A stretch of DNA of 64,000 bases, taken from the NCBI GenBank assembly GCA_020049855.1, contig JAGVLJ010000017.1, forward strand, positions 1,239 to 65,238, given 5' to 3'. This document shows, in pieces, positions 52,376 to 60,849 of this stretch (its first letter is position 1; the number at the start of each line of letters is the position of its first letter). The DNA is from Bacteroidia bacterium (GTDB lineage: Bacteria > Bacteroidota > Bacteroidia > UKL13-3). The translations under genes were made by a program, and so were the position numbers. The notes below the pieces were generated by a model, which was not told where the DNA came from, ran no database searches, and saw only the letters and a program-made list of their open reading frames with translations.

Positions 52376-52951
52376 ATGCAAGCCACAGAAAGCCAAAATA
52401 TTTTTAACATACGCGAAGGTGATATCCGCTTGTTTGAACAGGTATTTCAGATGTATTGTAAGGAATTAGTGCGTTATGCAAATACAATATTAAAAAATGC
52501 AGATGAGGCTGAAGATATTGTTCAGCAGCTATTTGTTAATCTATGGCAAAAAAGGGAAAGCCTTCAGGTAAATACTTCCATGCGCAGCTATTTGTACCGG
52601 GCGGTACACAACTGTTGTTTAAATCGCATTAAACAATTATCGGTTAAGCAGACTTATACTACTTATATGGGTTATGCGGGAGAGCAGCATTCTGCACCAG
52701 CCTCGGCCGCCATTCAGCAAAAAGAAGTGGAAAAAGCGATAGGGGTGGCCATAGAGAAATTACCGGAACAATGCCGAAAAATTTTCAAATTAAGCCGGCA
52801 ACATGGAATGAGGTACCAGCAGATTGCAGATGAGTTGAACCTTTCAGTAAAAACGGTAGAGAATCAAATGGGAAAGGCATTAAAACATATGCGTGAGCAG
52901 TTAAAAGACTATTTACCCGGAGTAATCTTGTTTTTTTTATACCACAACTAA
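52376..52951 (+). CDS. ECF RNA-polymerase sigma factor (FecI-like)
   Basis: Sigma-70 region 2 (…FEQVFQMYCKELVRYA…) and region 4 HTH (…YQQIADELNLSVKTVENQM…); start taken at the internal Met MQATESQ rather than the ORF-track start at 52283. Confidence 0.85.
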   Translation: MQATESQNIFNIREGDIRLFEQVFQMYCKELVRYANTILKNADEAEDIVQQLFVNLWQKRESLQVNTSMRSYLYRAVHNCCLNRIKQLSVKQTYTTYMGYAGEQHSAPASAAIQQKEVEKAIGVAIEKLPEQCRKIFKLSRQHGMRYQQIADELNLSVKTVENQMGKALKHMREQLKDYLPGVILFFLYHN

Positions 52952-52953
52952 AA

Positions 52954-53946
52954 GTGACAGAGGATAAAACATATATTGATGAGTTAATTGCCAAATACCT
53001 GACTGGGGAAGCACTCCCAGACGAAGCCATTGAGCTGGAAGACTGGCGAAGTGCAAATGCAATTAACCACGATTATGTAAGCAAGGTAGAACAGGCTTAC
53101 CGAATCACCCATATGCTTCCCAAAGCAAAAGAAGTTGACCCCTATGAATTATTTGAGAAAGTGAAGACACAAATTACAGTGCCGCCTAAACAAAATGCCC
53201 TTGTGACTCACTTGAGAGATTATGCTACTTTGTGGCGAGTGTTGGCAGCAGTGTTTGTTCTTGGCCTTGGGGTAATTTTTGCCCTATATTTTATACTGGA
53301 TGCCAAAAAGGGGTTGAGTGTGTACGAATCGGGTAACGGGGTACTGAAACAAAAACTTGCAGACGGAACACAGCTGGAATTAATGGCTAATACCAAACTG
53401 GAATTAGTAGATAGCAAAAAGCGAAGGTTTCGTTTAAGCGGAGAGGCAACCTTTTATGTGGTTCACAATGCGTCTGATCCGTTTGTAATTGAGGCGGGCG
53501 GCATTCAAATTAAAGATATAGGCACCCTGTTTACCGTGAAGGCAATTGAAGGAAACGATTCAGTACACGTAAAAGTAGCTGAAGGTATAGTGCAGGTTTA
53601 TTCAGCATCCGATACTATAGAGTTACACCAGCACCAGATTGGGGTATTTATTCGCTCCACTCAGCGGTTAATTAATTTTTCGAAACGAAAGACTAATGAA
53701 AAAAAAATAGAGCGTGTATTTCATTTTAGCAACAGCGCACTTAAAGAGGCTGTGGAAATTATAAATGCAGCATACCCTGAAAAAATCACTTTAGCGGACA
53801 GGAGGCTGGAAAAATGCCTGATTACAGTTGATTTTAACGGGCAACCTATTGAAGAAATAATATCCATACTTGCAGAAACGTTAGGGCTGTCTTACGATAA
53901 AATACCCTCCGGATATCGCCTCAAAGGAACTGCATGTTTACCATGA
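52954..53946 (+). CDS. FecR-family anti-sigma factor / sensor (N-terminal anti-sigma domain, TM, FecR domain)
   Basis: 330 aa with a central TM (VLAAVFVLGLGVIFALYFIL) and a FecR-like periplasmic beta domain; starts 3 nt after the sigma gene stop. Confidence 0.8.
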   Translation: MTEDKTYIDELIAKYLTGEALPDEAIELEDWRSANAINHDYVSKVEQAYRITHMLPKAKEVDPYELFEKVKTQITVPPKQNALVTHLRDYATLWRVLAAVFVLGLGVIFALYFILDAKKGLSVYESGNGVLKQKLADGTQLELMANTKLELVDSKKRRFRLSGEATFYVVHNASDPFVIEAGGIQIKDIGTLFTVKAIEGNDSVHVKVAEGIVQVYSASDTIELHQHQIGVFIRSTQRLINFSKRKTNEKKIERVFHFSNSALKEAVEIINAAYPEKITLADRRLEKCLITVDFNGQPIEEIISILAETLGLSYDKIPSGYRLKGTACLP

Positions 53947-55784
53947 AATATTTTTTAATTTATTTTATGTCGGTTATTCTTTCTGTATCGCTCTGTTTTG
54001 CTTCAAATGTTCCTGCTTTAGAGCGCGAAGTAACTGTACGGGTGCAAAATGAACAGGTAAAAGAAGTACTTACATTGATGGCACAGCAGGCAGGCATTCA
54101 GTTTTCATACAATCCGGCTAAAATAACAGTAACAAATAGAGTATCGCTGTCTCTGCTAAAAAAACCGGTAAGGCTGGTGTTGAATATGCTGTTCAAAAAT
54201 ACGGTTCAGTATAAACAAAAGGGGAATTACATCATACTAATAGCCGCACCTTTACCTGAGGCAAATGTATTGGTAAAAAAAATTACCGTAAGTGGATACA
54301 TACACGATATAAGAGGGTATAAACTGATTGGAGCAAGTGTGCTCGATAAAAAAAATCAACTATCGGCAGTAACTAATGTGTATGGATTTTTCAGTTTGCA
54401 AATTCCTTACAATACTTTACCCATTGAAATGAGGGTGTTAAAGGAAAATTATCTCGACACTTCCGTTATTATTCAAACTTTAGAGAATACGATTGATATT
54501 ATTTTGCGAACGAAACCGGAGAAAATAATGCCCGTCATCCGGCAGGAAGCAGAGGTGAAAAAGATGAAAGAAAAACCGATGACGGCTGATAGTTTGACTT
54601 TGGAGCAAACCGATATTTCTCCAAACGTCAGCGTTAAGAAAAATTTTCTGGAGCAATTAGTGTCGCCACGCATAAAGGCCAGCCTGCACAATATTTCGGA
54701 TACCTTATTTACCCGTGTGCAATTTACATTTGTCCCTTACCTGAGCACTAACCAACTGCTATCGGGTAATACGATAAATGATTTTTCCTTTAATTTACTT
54801 GGAGGATATTCACAAGGAATTAATAAAGCCGAGTTTGGAGCCGTAATAAATATTGATCGTGGAGATGTTAAATATTTTCAGGCAGCAGGGTTAATGAATC
54901 TGGTAGGTGGTAATGTAAAAGGAGGACAGTTTGCAGGATTGCTTAATGTCAACAGGCAAACATTGTCAGGTGTGCACGTTGCTGGATTAATGAATATGAA
55001 CTTTGGAAAAGTTAAAGGGGTGCAGGTTGCGGGATTGATCAATATAGCCGACACAATAAGAGGTGTTCAGGTTGGCGGATTGGGGAATGTGTGTCGTTAT
55101 TTCAAGGGCGTTCAGCTATCGGGTTTGATTAATACCTGCGTAAAAGTTGATGGAGTGCAGGCGACATCGCTGGTAAATACTGCCGTGTCGGTAAATGGGT
55201 GGCAATGCGCTTCGTTAGTTAATGTGGCTGGCTATGTAAAGGGCCGACAGGTATCTTTTATCAATATAGCTGATTCCATTAATGGCACACCCCTCGGGTT
55301 TTTTAGTTATGTGGCTCAAGGATACCACAAATTAGAGTTATCGGGGGATGAGGTACTCTACAGTCAGTTTGCATTTCGTACCGGGGTTTTAAAGTTTCAT
55401 AATGTTTTATCGCTTGGGGTAAATCCTTATTTTTATGGAGCAACCTTTATAGGTGTAGGATATGGGTTTGGAAGTTATACTTCGCTTACTAAAAAATGGA
55501 ATTTTGGAGGAGATGTTTTTTCCCAATCTATTGTAAAAAATGCGAACTTTAGAAATGCACCTCTACTCACTTCGTTTTTTATCGGTTTTGAACGTAAAGT
55601 AACTCAACAATTTTCTATCACATTTGGTCCGGCTTTGAGGGCTTTACTCAGTTATTCGATTGCCAACGAGTATCTTGTAATAAGAGAACAACTTGCCCCT
55701 TATACTTTTGTCAACCATAGTTTCAACAATGGAACAAATTTGCAGATTTGGGTTGGTGGAAAAGTAGCTTTCCGCTTTTTATAA
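53934..55784 (+). CDS. Secreted STN-domain and CarboxypepD_reg-like protein with an array of 15-residue repeats and a beta-rich C-terminal domain (no TonB-dependent barrel)
   Basis: Signal peptide; STN-type segment (…VLTLMAQQAGIQFSYNP…); transthyretin-like segment (ITVSGYIHDIRGYKLIGASVLD…); then about 10 repeats of the form AGL[MLI]N-x9-G-x-Q-x. Confidence 0.6.
   Translation: MFTMKYFLIYFMSVILSVSLCFASNVPALEREVTVRVQNEQVKEVLTLMAQQAGIQFSYNPAKITVTNRVSLSLLKKPVRLVLNMLFKNTVQYKQKGNYIILIAAPLPEANVLVKKITVSGYIHDIRGYKLIGASVLDKKNQLSAVTNVYGFFSLQIPYNTLPIEMRVLKENYLDTSVIIQTLENTIDIILRTKPEKIMPVIRQEAEVKKMKEKPMTADSLTLEQTDISPNVSVKKNFLEQLVSPRIKASLHNISDTLFTRVQFTFVPYLSTNQLLSGNTINDFSFNLLGGYSQGINKAEFGAVINIDRGDVKYFQAAGLMNLVGGNVKGGQFAGLLNVNRQTLSGVHVAGLMNMNFGKVKGVQVAGLINIADTIRGVQVGGLGNVCRYFKGVQLSGLINTCVKVDGVQATSLVNTAVSVNGWQCASLVNVAGYVKGRQVSFINIADSINGTPLGFFSYVAQGYHKLELSGDEVLYSQFAFRTGVLKFHNVLSLGVNPYFYGATFIGVGYGFGSYTSLTKKWNFGGDVFSQSIVKNANFRNAPLLTSFFIGFERKVTQQFSITFGPALRALLSYSIANEYLVIREQLAPYTFVNHSFNNGTNLQIWVGGKVAFRFL
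54770..55340 (+). repeat. Degenerate 45-bp (15-codon) tandem repeat array inside CDS 53934-55784
   Basis: Protein-level periodicity …AGLMNLVGGNVKGGQF / AGLLNVNRQTLSGVHV / AGLMNMNFGKVKGVQV / AGLINIADTIRGVQV / GGLGNVCRYFKGVQL / SGLINTCVKVDGVQA…. Confidence 0.7.
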
Positions 55785-55838
55785 TTTTTTTGAGGGGGAT
55801 AGGGGTAGTTTTTCTCAAGCTTGTCGTAGGTGTAAATA

Positions 55839-56867
55839 TTGAGCAACATGAAAGTAATTATACCCGTTCATCTGGCCGCTGCAGCAGTTTTTATGCTTCT
55901 TTTTTTTTCTTCTTTTGCGCAGAATGCAACTACGTACAAAGGCACTATTTATACGTTTATAGTTAATAAAGTACCTGATCATTTTCCGGCTCCATTGGTT
56001 GGGTTTGTAAATATGGCACAAGGAAGCCAGACTGGAGCACAGATTGGATTTTTAAATCAGAATCAAAAAAACATTAATGGAACTCAGATTGGATTTGTAA
56101 ACAATGTCGGTGGTTATTTCAACGGATCACAAATCGGATTTGTAAATCTCAGCCGGAAATATGTAAGCGGTGTGCAAACGGGTTTTGTAAATCTGTGCAA
56201 CGATAGCTTCACAGGAGCACAGATTGGCTTTGTTAACGTGGTAAAAGATTCTATGGTTGGCACCCAAATTGGATTTGTTAATGCAGCGACTAAAGGGTTA
56301 AAGGGTATTCAGTTCGGTTTTGTGAATATCTCGAAAAATGGTATTGCGGGGTCGCAGATTGGATTTGTAAACATTGCCGATTCAATGCGACAGGGCATTC
56401 CGTTGGGATTTGTTTCCATAGTGCGAAAAGGAGGTTTCAGTGCGTTTGAAATCGGCACGTCCACTTTATTTCTTTCCACTCTATCCTATAAAATTGGTAT
56501 TCCTACACTATATACTTCGGTTATACTCTCGTTCAATCCGTCATATACTAATCAGTTTGCCTATGGTATCGGATTAGGGTCTATGATCAGGTTGAACAAA
56601 ACATTTGGATTTAACCCCGAGGCAACCATTCAAAATTCTATGGAGCAGCACACGCAAATGTTTTCCACTCTCGCTTCGTGTTTCAGCATCCGTATAACTC
56701 CAAAGACTTTGTTGGTGGCAGGGCCATCCGTTAGCTGGATACATAAAGATTCCCGTTCTGGCGAAACTTTATACAAACCGACCTATTCACTTTATCATTA
56801 TAGCTATAACTACCGCAACGATTTAACCGTAGGAACTCAGGTATCCCTTCGGTTTAAACTCAATTAA
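55839..56867 (+). CDS. Secreted paralogous repeat protein (15-residue [IT]GF[VL]N-x9-G-x-Q repeats plus a beta-rich C-terminal domain)
   Basis: Signal peptide MKVIIPVHLAAAAVFMLLFFSSFAQ; 8-9 tandem repeats (QIGFVNNVGGYFNGS / QIGFVNLSRKYVSGV / QTGFVNLCNDSFTGA / …); C-terminal about 170 aa of alternating hydrophobic pattern. Confidence 0.6.
   Translation: MSNMKVIIPVHLAAAAVFMLLFFSSFAQNATTYKGTIYTFIVNKVPDHFPAPLVGFVNMAQGSQTGAQIGFLNQNQKNINGTQIGFVNNVGGYFNGSQIGFVNLSRKYVSGVQTGFVNLCNDSFTGAQIGFVNVVKDSMVGTQIGFVNAATKGLKGIQFGFVNISKNGIAGSQIGFVNIADSMRQGIPLGFVSIVRKGGFSAFEIGTSTLFLSTLSYKIGIPTLYTSVILSFNPSYTNQFAYGIGLGSMIRLNKTFGFNPEATIQNSMEQHTQMFSTLASCFSIRITPKTLLVAGPSVSWIHKDSRSGETLYKPTYSLYHYSYNYRNDLTVGTQVSLRFKLN
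55990..56425 (+). repeat. Degenerate 45-bp tandem repeat array (recurring cagattggatttgtaaac core) inside CDS 55839-56867
   Basis: DNA-level recurrences of CAGATTGGATTTGTAAAC-like 18-mers at about 45-bp spacing. Confidence 0.7.
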
Positions 56868-56938
56868 TCAGTTTATTTCCATTCGCTGAAACTTTTTTTC
56901 ATCATTCAATTAAAACTAAATTCCATGATCCGTATAGT

Positions 56939-59293
56939 ATGAAAAAACAATTTATTCTTCTTGTGTTAGGCGTTAGTGTATTGACATGTGCATCGGCTCA
57001 ACAGTTTACCCAAACCGTTCGCGGCAGTGTCATTGATAAAATTTCTCAAAGACCTATTCCCGGAGCCATTGTTACAATTGAAAATTCAAATCCGCTTAAT
57101 GGAACAACTACTGATATAAATGGGAAATTCGCGTTGAGGAATGTTTCCGTTGGACGACAAAGTATTAAAGTTACTTACATTGGGTACAAAGATTATATTC
57201 TTCCCAACATTGTAGTAAACTCGGGGAAAGAGGTTGTGCTAACCATTCAGCTTGAAGAATCAATTGTGGTTAAACGCGAAGTAGTAGTAAGGGCAACCCA
57301 ACAAAAAAATAAACCTATTAACGAGCTTGCTTTAGTAAGTGCTCGGACTTTTTCAATCGAGGAAACGCAAAAATTTGCAGCTGCGGTAAATGATCCAGCA
57401 CGTATGGCAACTTCGTTTGCCGGGGTGGTTCAGGTGGAGGATGGGAACAATGGAATTTCTATTAGGGGGAATTCGCCCAATGGAATGATATGGCGTCTGG
57501 AAGGTGTAGATATACCCAACCCGAATCATTTTTCCAATGTGGGCACTTCCGGAGGAGGTATTTCTATCCTTAGCGTTCAGTTGCTAAGCAACTCTGACTT
57601 TATTACGGGAGCGTTTTCCTCCGATTATGGGAATGCTCTTTCTGGTGTATTTGATTTAAAACTTCGAAAAGGAAACAACGAAAAGCGGGAGTTTACTTTA
57701 CAGGCAGGATTTCTTGGCTTGGATTTCGCTGCCGAAGGGCCGTTAAAAAAAGATTATGAAGGTTCTTACCTCATTAATTACCGCTACTCTACACTTTCAA
57801 TTTTAAATAAACTTGGAATTAATGTCGGAGAGGGAGTTACCAATTTTCAAGACTTATCGTTTAATCTTTTTTTCCCCAGTAAACAGTACGGCTCATTTGG
57901 TTTTTTTGGTTTTGGCGGATTGAGTAATCAAAACTCAGAGGCAGTAAAAGATTCAACTGTGTGGCTTGATGAAATTTATAAACAATATACCTCGGTATAT
58001 GTTGCCAATACAGGAGCCGCAGTTCTTAATCATACCCTGCAAATTCGCAAAAGGTCTTTTATTAAAACTTCTTTGGTAGCATCTGGGAATCTTAATAAAG
58101 ATGTTGCCGATAAGTTAAATAAGAATTATGAACTAAGGCGTAATACTTATTCAGAAGCAGGGCAAAGTAAAGTTGCACTAAACTCTATTTTTTCGACTAA
58201 AATAAATGCACACAGCAGTTTTAAACTAGGGTTAATTTATAGTTTGCTTCACTACGACCTAATCAAGAAGAAAACATTGATTGATTCAGTTAATACACTT
58301 AAAACATGGATTAATACAAACGGGCGTACTGCTACTTTACAGTTTTTTGGAAATTGGAGCTACAAAATTTATCAGCGGTGGACCACCAATGTAGGGTTGC
58401 ATTACCTTCAGCTAATGCTAAACAACTCTCAGTCGCTTGAGCCACGCGTATCAGTAAAATACGATGCAAGTTCCAAGAGTGCTTTTGCAGCGGGTTATGG
58501 TTTACAAAGTCAAATTCAACCTCTCGGAGCCTACTTCACAACAGACGCTCTCACCAATCAACCTATAAACAAAAACCTTCTTTTGAGTAAAGCTCATCAT
58601 CTCGTTTTGTCTTATGATTACAGCATCTCTGTGCATACTCATATTAAAACCGAGGGGTATTATCAGGACTTGTTTCACATACCCATAAGTCGTGATAGCG
58701 GCAGTACAATGTCACTGCTTAATGTAAGGGATGGATTTACAACAGAAAAATTGACTTCTGATGGTAAGGGGAGAAATTACGGTGTGGAAATTACCGTAGA
58801 AAGATTCCTGCACAAATATTTTTATTACCTTCTTTCAATTTCACTATTTGATTCAAAATACCGAGCTGCTGATGGGAATTGGTACAATACCCGTTTCAAC
58901 ACTAATTTTGCAAGTAGTTTTACCGGGGGGAAAGAGTGGAAACTTTCCGAGAAACATAAAAATAAAGTGATTGGCCTAAATATAAAGGTTATTTATACTG
59001 GTGGTACCCGAACTACCCCAGTTGATTTGCCTGGATCAATTGCCTCGGGTAATGAGGTAAATCAAACATGGAACGCATTTACAAAGCAAAATCCTTCCTA
59101 TTTTAGGTTGGATACGAAAATAAGTATTAAGCGCAATTTTGCACACTCAACAAGTTCATTGGCACTGGACATTCAAAATACCACCAATCACAAAAATGTA
59201 GGAGGGCAATATTTTGACGTTAATAGTGGGAAAATTAAATTCTGGTATCAGTCTCCTTTAATTCCGGTGCTTAGTTATCGGCTTGAGTTTTAA
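56939..59293 (+). CDS. TonB-dependent receptor (CarboxypepD_reg-like N-terminus, plug, 22-strand barrel), with no STN domain
   Basis: Signal peptide then CarboxypepD_reg-like segment (VRGSVIDKISQRPIPGAIVTIENSN…NGKFAL); plug; long barrel ending …LSYRLEF (C-terminal Phe). Confidence 0.8.
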   Translation: MKKQFILLVLGVSVLTCASAQQFTQTVRGSVIDKISQRPIPGAIVTIENSNPLNGTTTDINGKFALRNVSVGRQSIKVTYIGYKDYILPNIVVNSGKEVVLTIQLEESIVVKREVVVRATQQKNKPINELALVSARTFSIEETQKFAAAVNDPARMATSFAGVVQVEDGNNGISIRGNSPNGMIWRLEGVDIPNPNHFSNVGTSGGGISILSVQLLSNSDFITGAFSSDYGNALSGVFDLKLRKGNNEKREFTLQAGFLGLDFAAEGPLKKDYEGSYLINYRYSTLSILNKLGINVGEGVTNFQDLSFNLFFPSKQYGSFGFFGFGGLSNQNSEAVKDSTVWLDEIYKQYTSVYVANTGAAVLNHTLQIRKRSFIKTSLVASGNLNKDVADKLNKNYELRRNTYSEAGQSKVALNSIFSTKINAHSSFKLGLIYSLLHYDLIKKKTLIDSVNTLKTWINTNGRTATLQFFGNWSYKIYQRWTTNVGLHYLQLMLNNSQSLEPRVSVKYDASSKSAFAAGYGLQSQIQPLGAYFTTDALTNQPINKNLLLSKAHHLVLSYDYSISVHTHIKTEGYYQDLFHIPISRDSGSTMSLLNVRDGFTTEKLTSDGKGRNYGVEITVERFLHKYFYYLLSISLFDSKYRAADGNWYNTRFNTNFASSFTGGKEWKLSEKHKNKVIGLNIKVIYTGGTRTTPVDLPGSIASGNEVNQTWNAFTKQNPSYFRLDTKISIKRNFAHSTSSLALDIQNTTNHKNVGGQYFDVNSGKIKFWYQSPLIPVLSYRLEF

Positions 59294-59344
59294 TTTAAGT
59301 AGGGATGCGAAGAGGTAATTGACAAGATGGGTTAAAGTACGTTT

Positions 59345-59566
59345 TTATGCCACCGTTATGATTTTAACCGGACAGGCCGCTGCTGCTTTGCGGTTGATGT
59401 CTTTTTCATCTTCGTGTACTTTTACGCTCCAGAATTTATTTTTTTCTTTTGCACCAATCAAAACACTTTTCCCATCTTTTTTTGACATTACCCATCGTTG
59501 CGGAGCAAACTCCACACAATAGTTGCATCCAATGCATTTGTCGCGTTGCTGAATGATTGTTATCAT
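59345..59566 (-). CDS. Small 4Fe-4S ferredoxin
   Basis: 73 aa with a CIGCNYC cluster motif plus a distal Cys-Pro (AAACPV); overlaps the upstream U32 gene by 4 nt. Confidence 0.7.
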   Translation of the reverse strand: MITIIQQRDKCIGCNYCVEFAPQRWVMSKKDGKSVLIGAKEKNKFWSVKVHEDEKDINRKAAAACPVKIITVA

Positions 59567-60804
59567 GCCTGCACACTTGCCAATTTGTACAGCTTATCAC
59601 TTTTGCGAACGGGGGTATCTAATTTAAATGCACATTTGTCACCCTTGCTCACTTCTTCCACCGGGCCTTGGTCGGTGTGCAGTTCATTCACAGTTGTTTC
59701 AATAACACCTGTTGTAGGGCCGGTGATTAAAATACTGTCGCCTGTTTTAAGTGTATGCGATTCAACAATAAATTCGGCCACACCTATTTTACTAAAATAG
59801 TTATTGCCTTTCCCTATGTAAATTTTTTTCAGTTTCGCTTTCGAACCTGAGGTATCGGTCCATTCTCCTAATTTCTGGCCTAGGTAATAACCGCTCCAAA
59901 AACCCCGGTTGTATACTTCCTCCATACGCTCTTTCCATTTTTGTGCTTTTTCAACTGTATAATTACCTTCCATATATGCGTCAACAGCTTCGCGGTAACA
60001 TTGCGTAACAGTTTTAACATATTCGGGTCCTTTGCCCCGGCCTTCAATTTTTAAAACCGACACACCTGCATCCATCACTTCGTTTAAAAAATCGATGGTG
60101 CATAAATCTTTGGCCGACATAATATACTCATTGTCTATTTCCATTTCGTGGCCTTCTTCATTATCAATAACGGTGTATGTTCTTCGGCAGTTTTGCGTGC
60201 AGGCTCCGCGGTTGGCCGATGAATTTTGCATGTGTAAACTCAGGTAGCACTTGCCCGATACCGCCATACATAGGGCACCATGTACAAAAATTTCAATTTC
60301 AATCAATCGGCCCGAAGGGCCTTTTATCTGTTCCTGTTTTATCGTGTCGGTTATTTTTTTTACCTGTGTTAAGCTTAGTTCGCGGGCAAGCACAATAGTA
60401 TCGGCAAACAGTGAGTAGAATTTTACCGTTTCAATATTAGTTACATTAAGCTGGGTTGAAATATGCACCTCCATACCCACACTTCGCGCATAGGAAATTA
60501 CCGACTGGTCAGAGGCAATTACAGCCGTAATACCCGCTTCTTTGGCACCATTCACTAGGGTTTTAACCAATGTAAGGTCGTGGTCGTAAATGATGGTGTT
60601 TAGGGTAAGGTACGAACGAATTCCGTGCGATGCGCAGGTGCTTGCCACTTCTTTCAGGTCATCGGCTGTAAAATTCATAGTGGCACGGGCACGCATGTTC
60701 AGTTGCTCCACGCCAAAATACACGGAGTCGGCCCCTCCTTGAATGGCTGCCATCAGCGAGTCGAACCCACCTGAGGGAGCCATTATTTCTACTTTGCGAT
60801 TCAT
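59563..60804 (-). CDS. U32-family peptidase-like protein (RlhA/TrhP/UbiU-type Fe-S enzyme family)
   Basis: U32 signature E-x-F-x-H-G-A-x-C-x4-G-x-C (EIFVHGALCMAVSGKCYLS); start taken at the internal Met MNRKVEIMAPSGG. Confidence 0.85.
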   Translation of the reverse strand: MNRKVEIMAPSGGFDSLMAAIQGGADSVYFGVEQLNMRARATMNFTADDLKEVASTCASHGIRSYLTLNTIIYDHDLTLVKTLVNGAKEAGITAVIASDQSVISYARSVGMEVHISTQLNVTNIETVKFYSLFADTIVLARELSLTQVKKITDTIKQEQIKGPSGRLIEIEIFVHGALCMAVSGKCYLSLHMQNSSANRGACTQNCRRTYTVIDNEEGHEMEIDNEYIMSAKDLCTIDFLNEVMDAGVSVLKIEGRGKGPEYVKTVTQCYREAVDAYMEGNYTVEKAQKWKERMEEVYNRGFWSGYYLGQKLGEWTDTSGSKAKLKKIYIGKGNNYFSKIGVAEFIVESHTLKTGDSILITGPTTGVIETTVNELHTDQGPVEEVSKGDKCAFKLDTPVRKSDKLYKLASVQA

Positions 60805-60849
60805 TGCGGCAAAGGTACATTTTTCAGTTGATTGTTGTAATTTCGGGCA

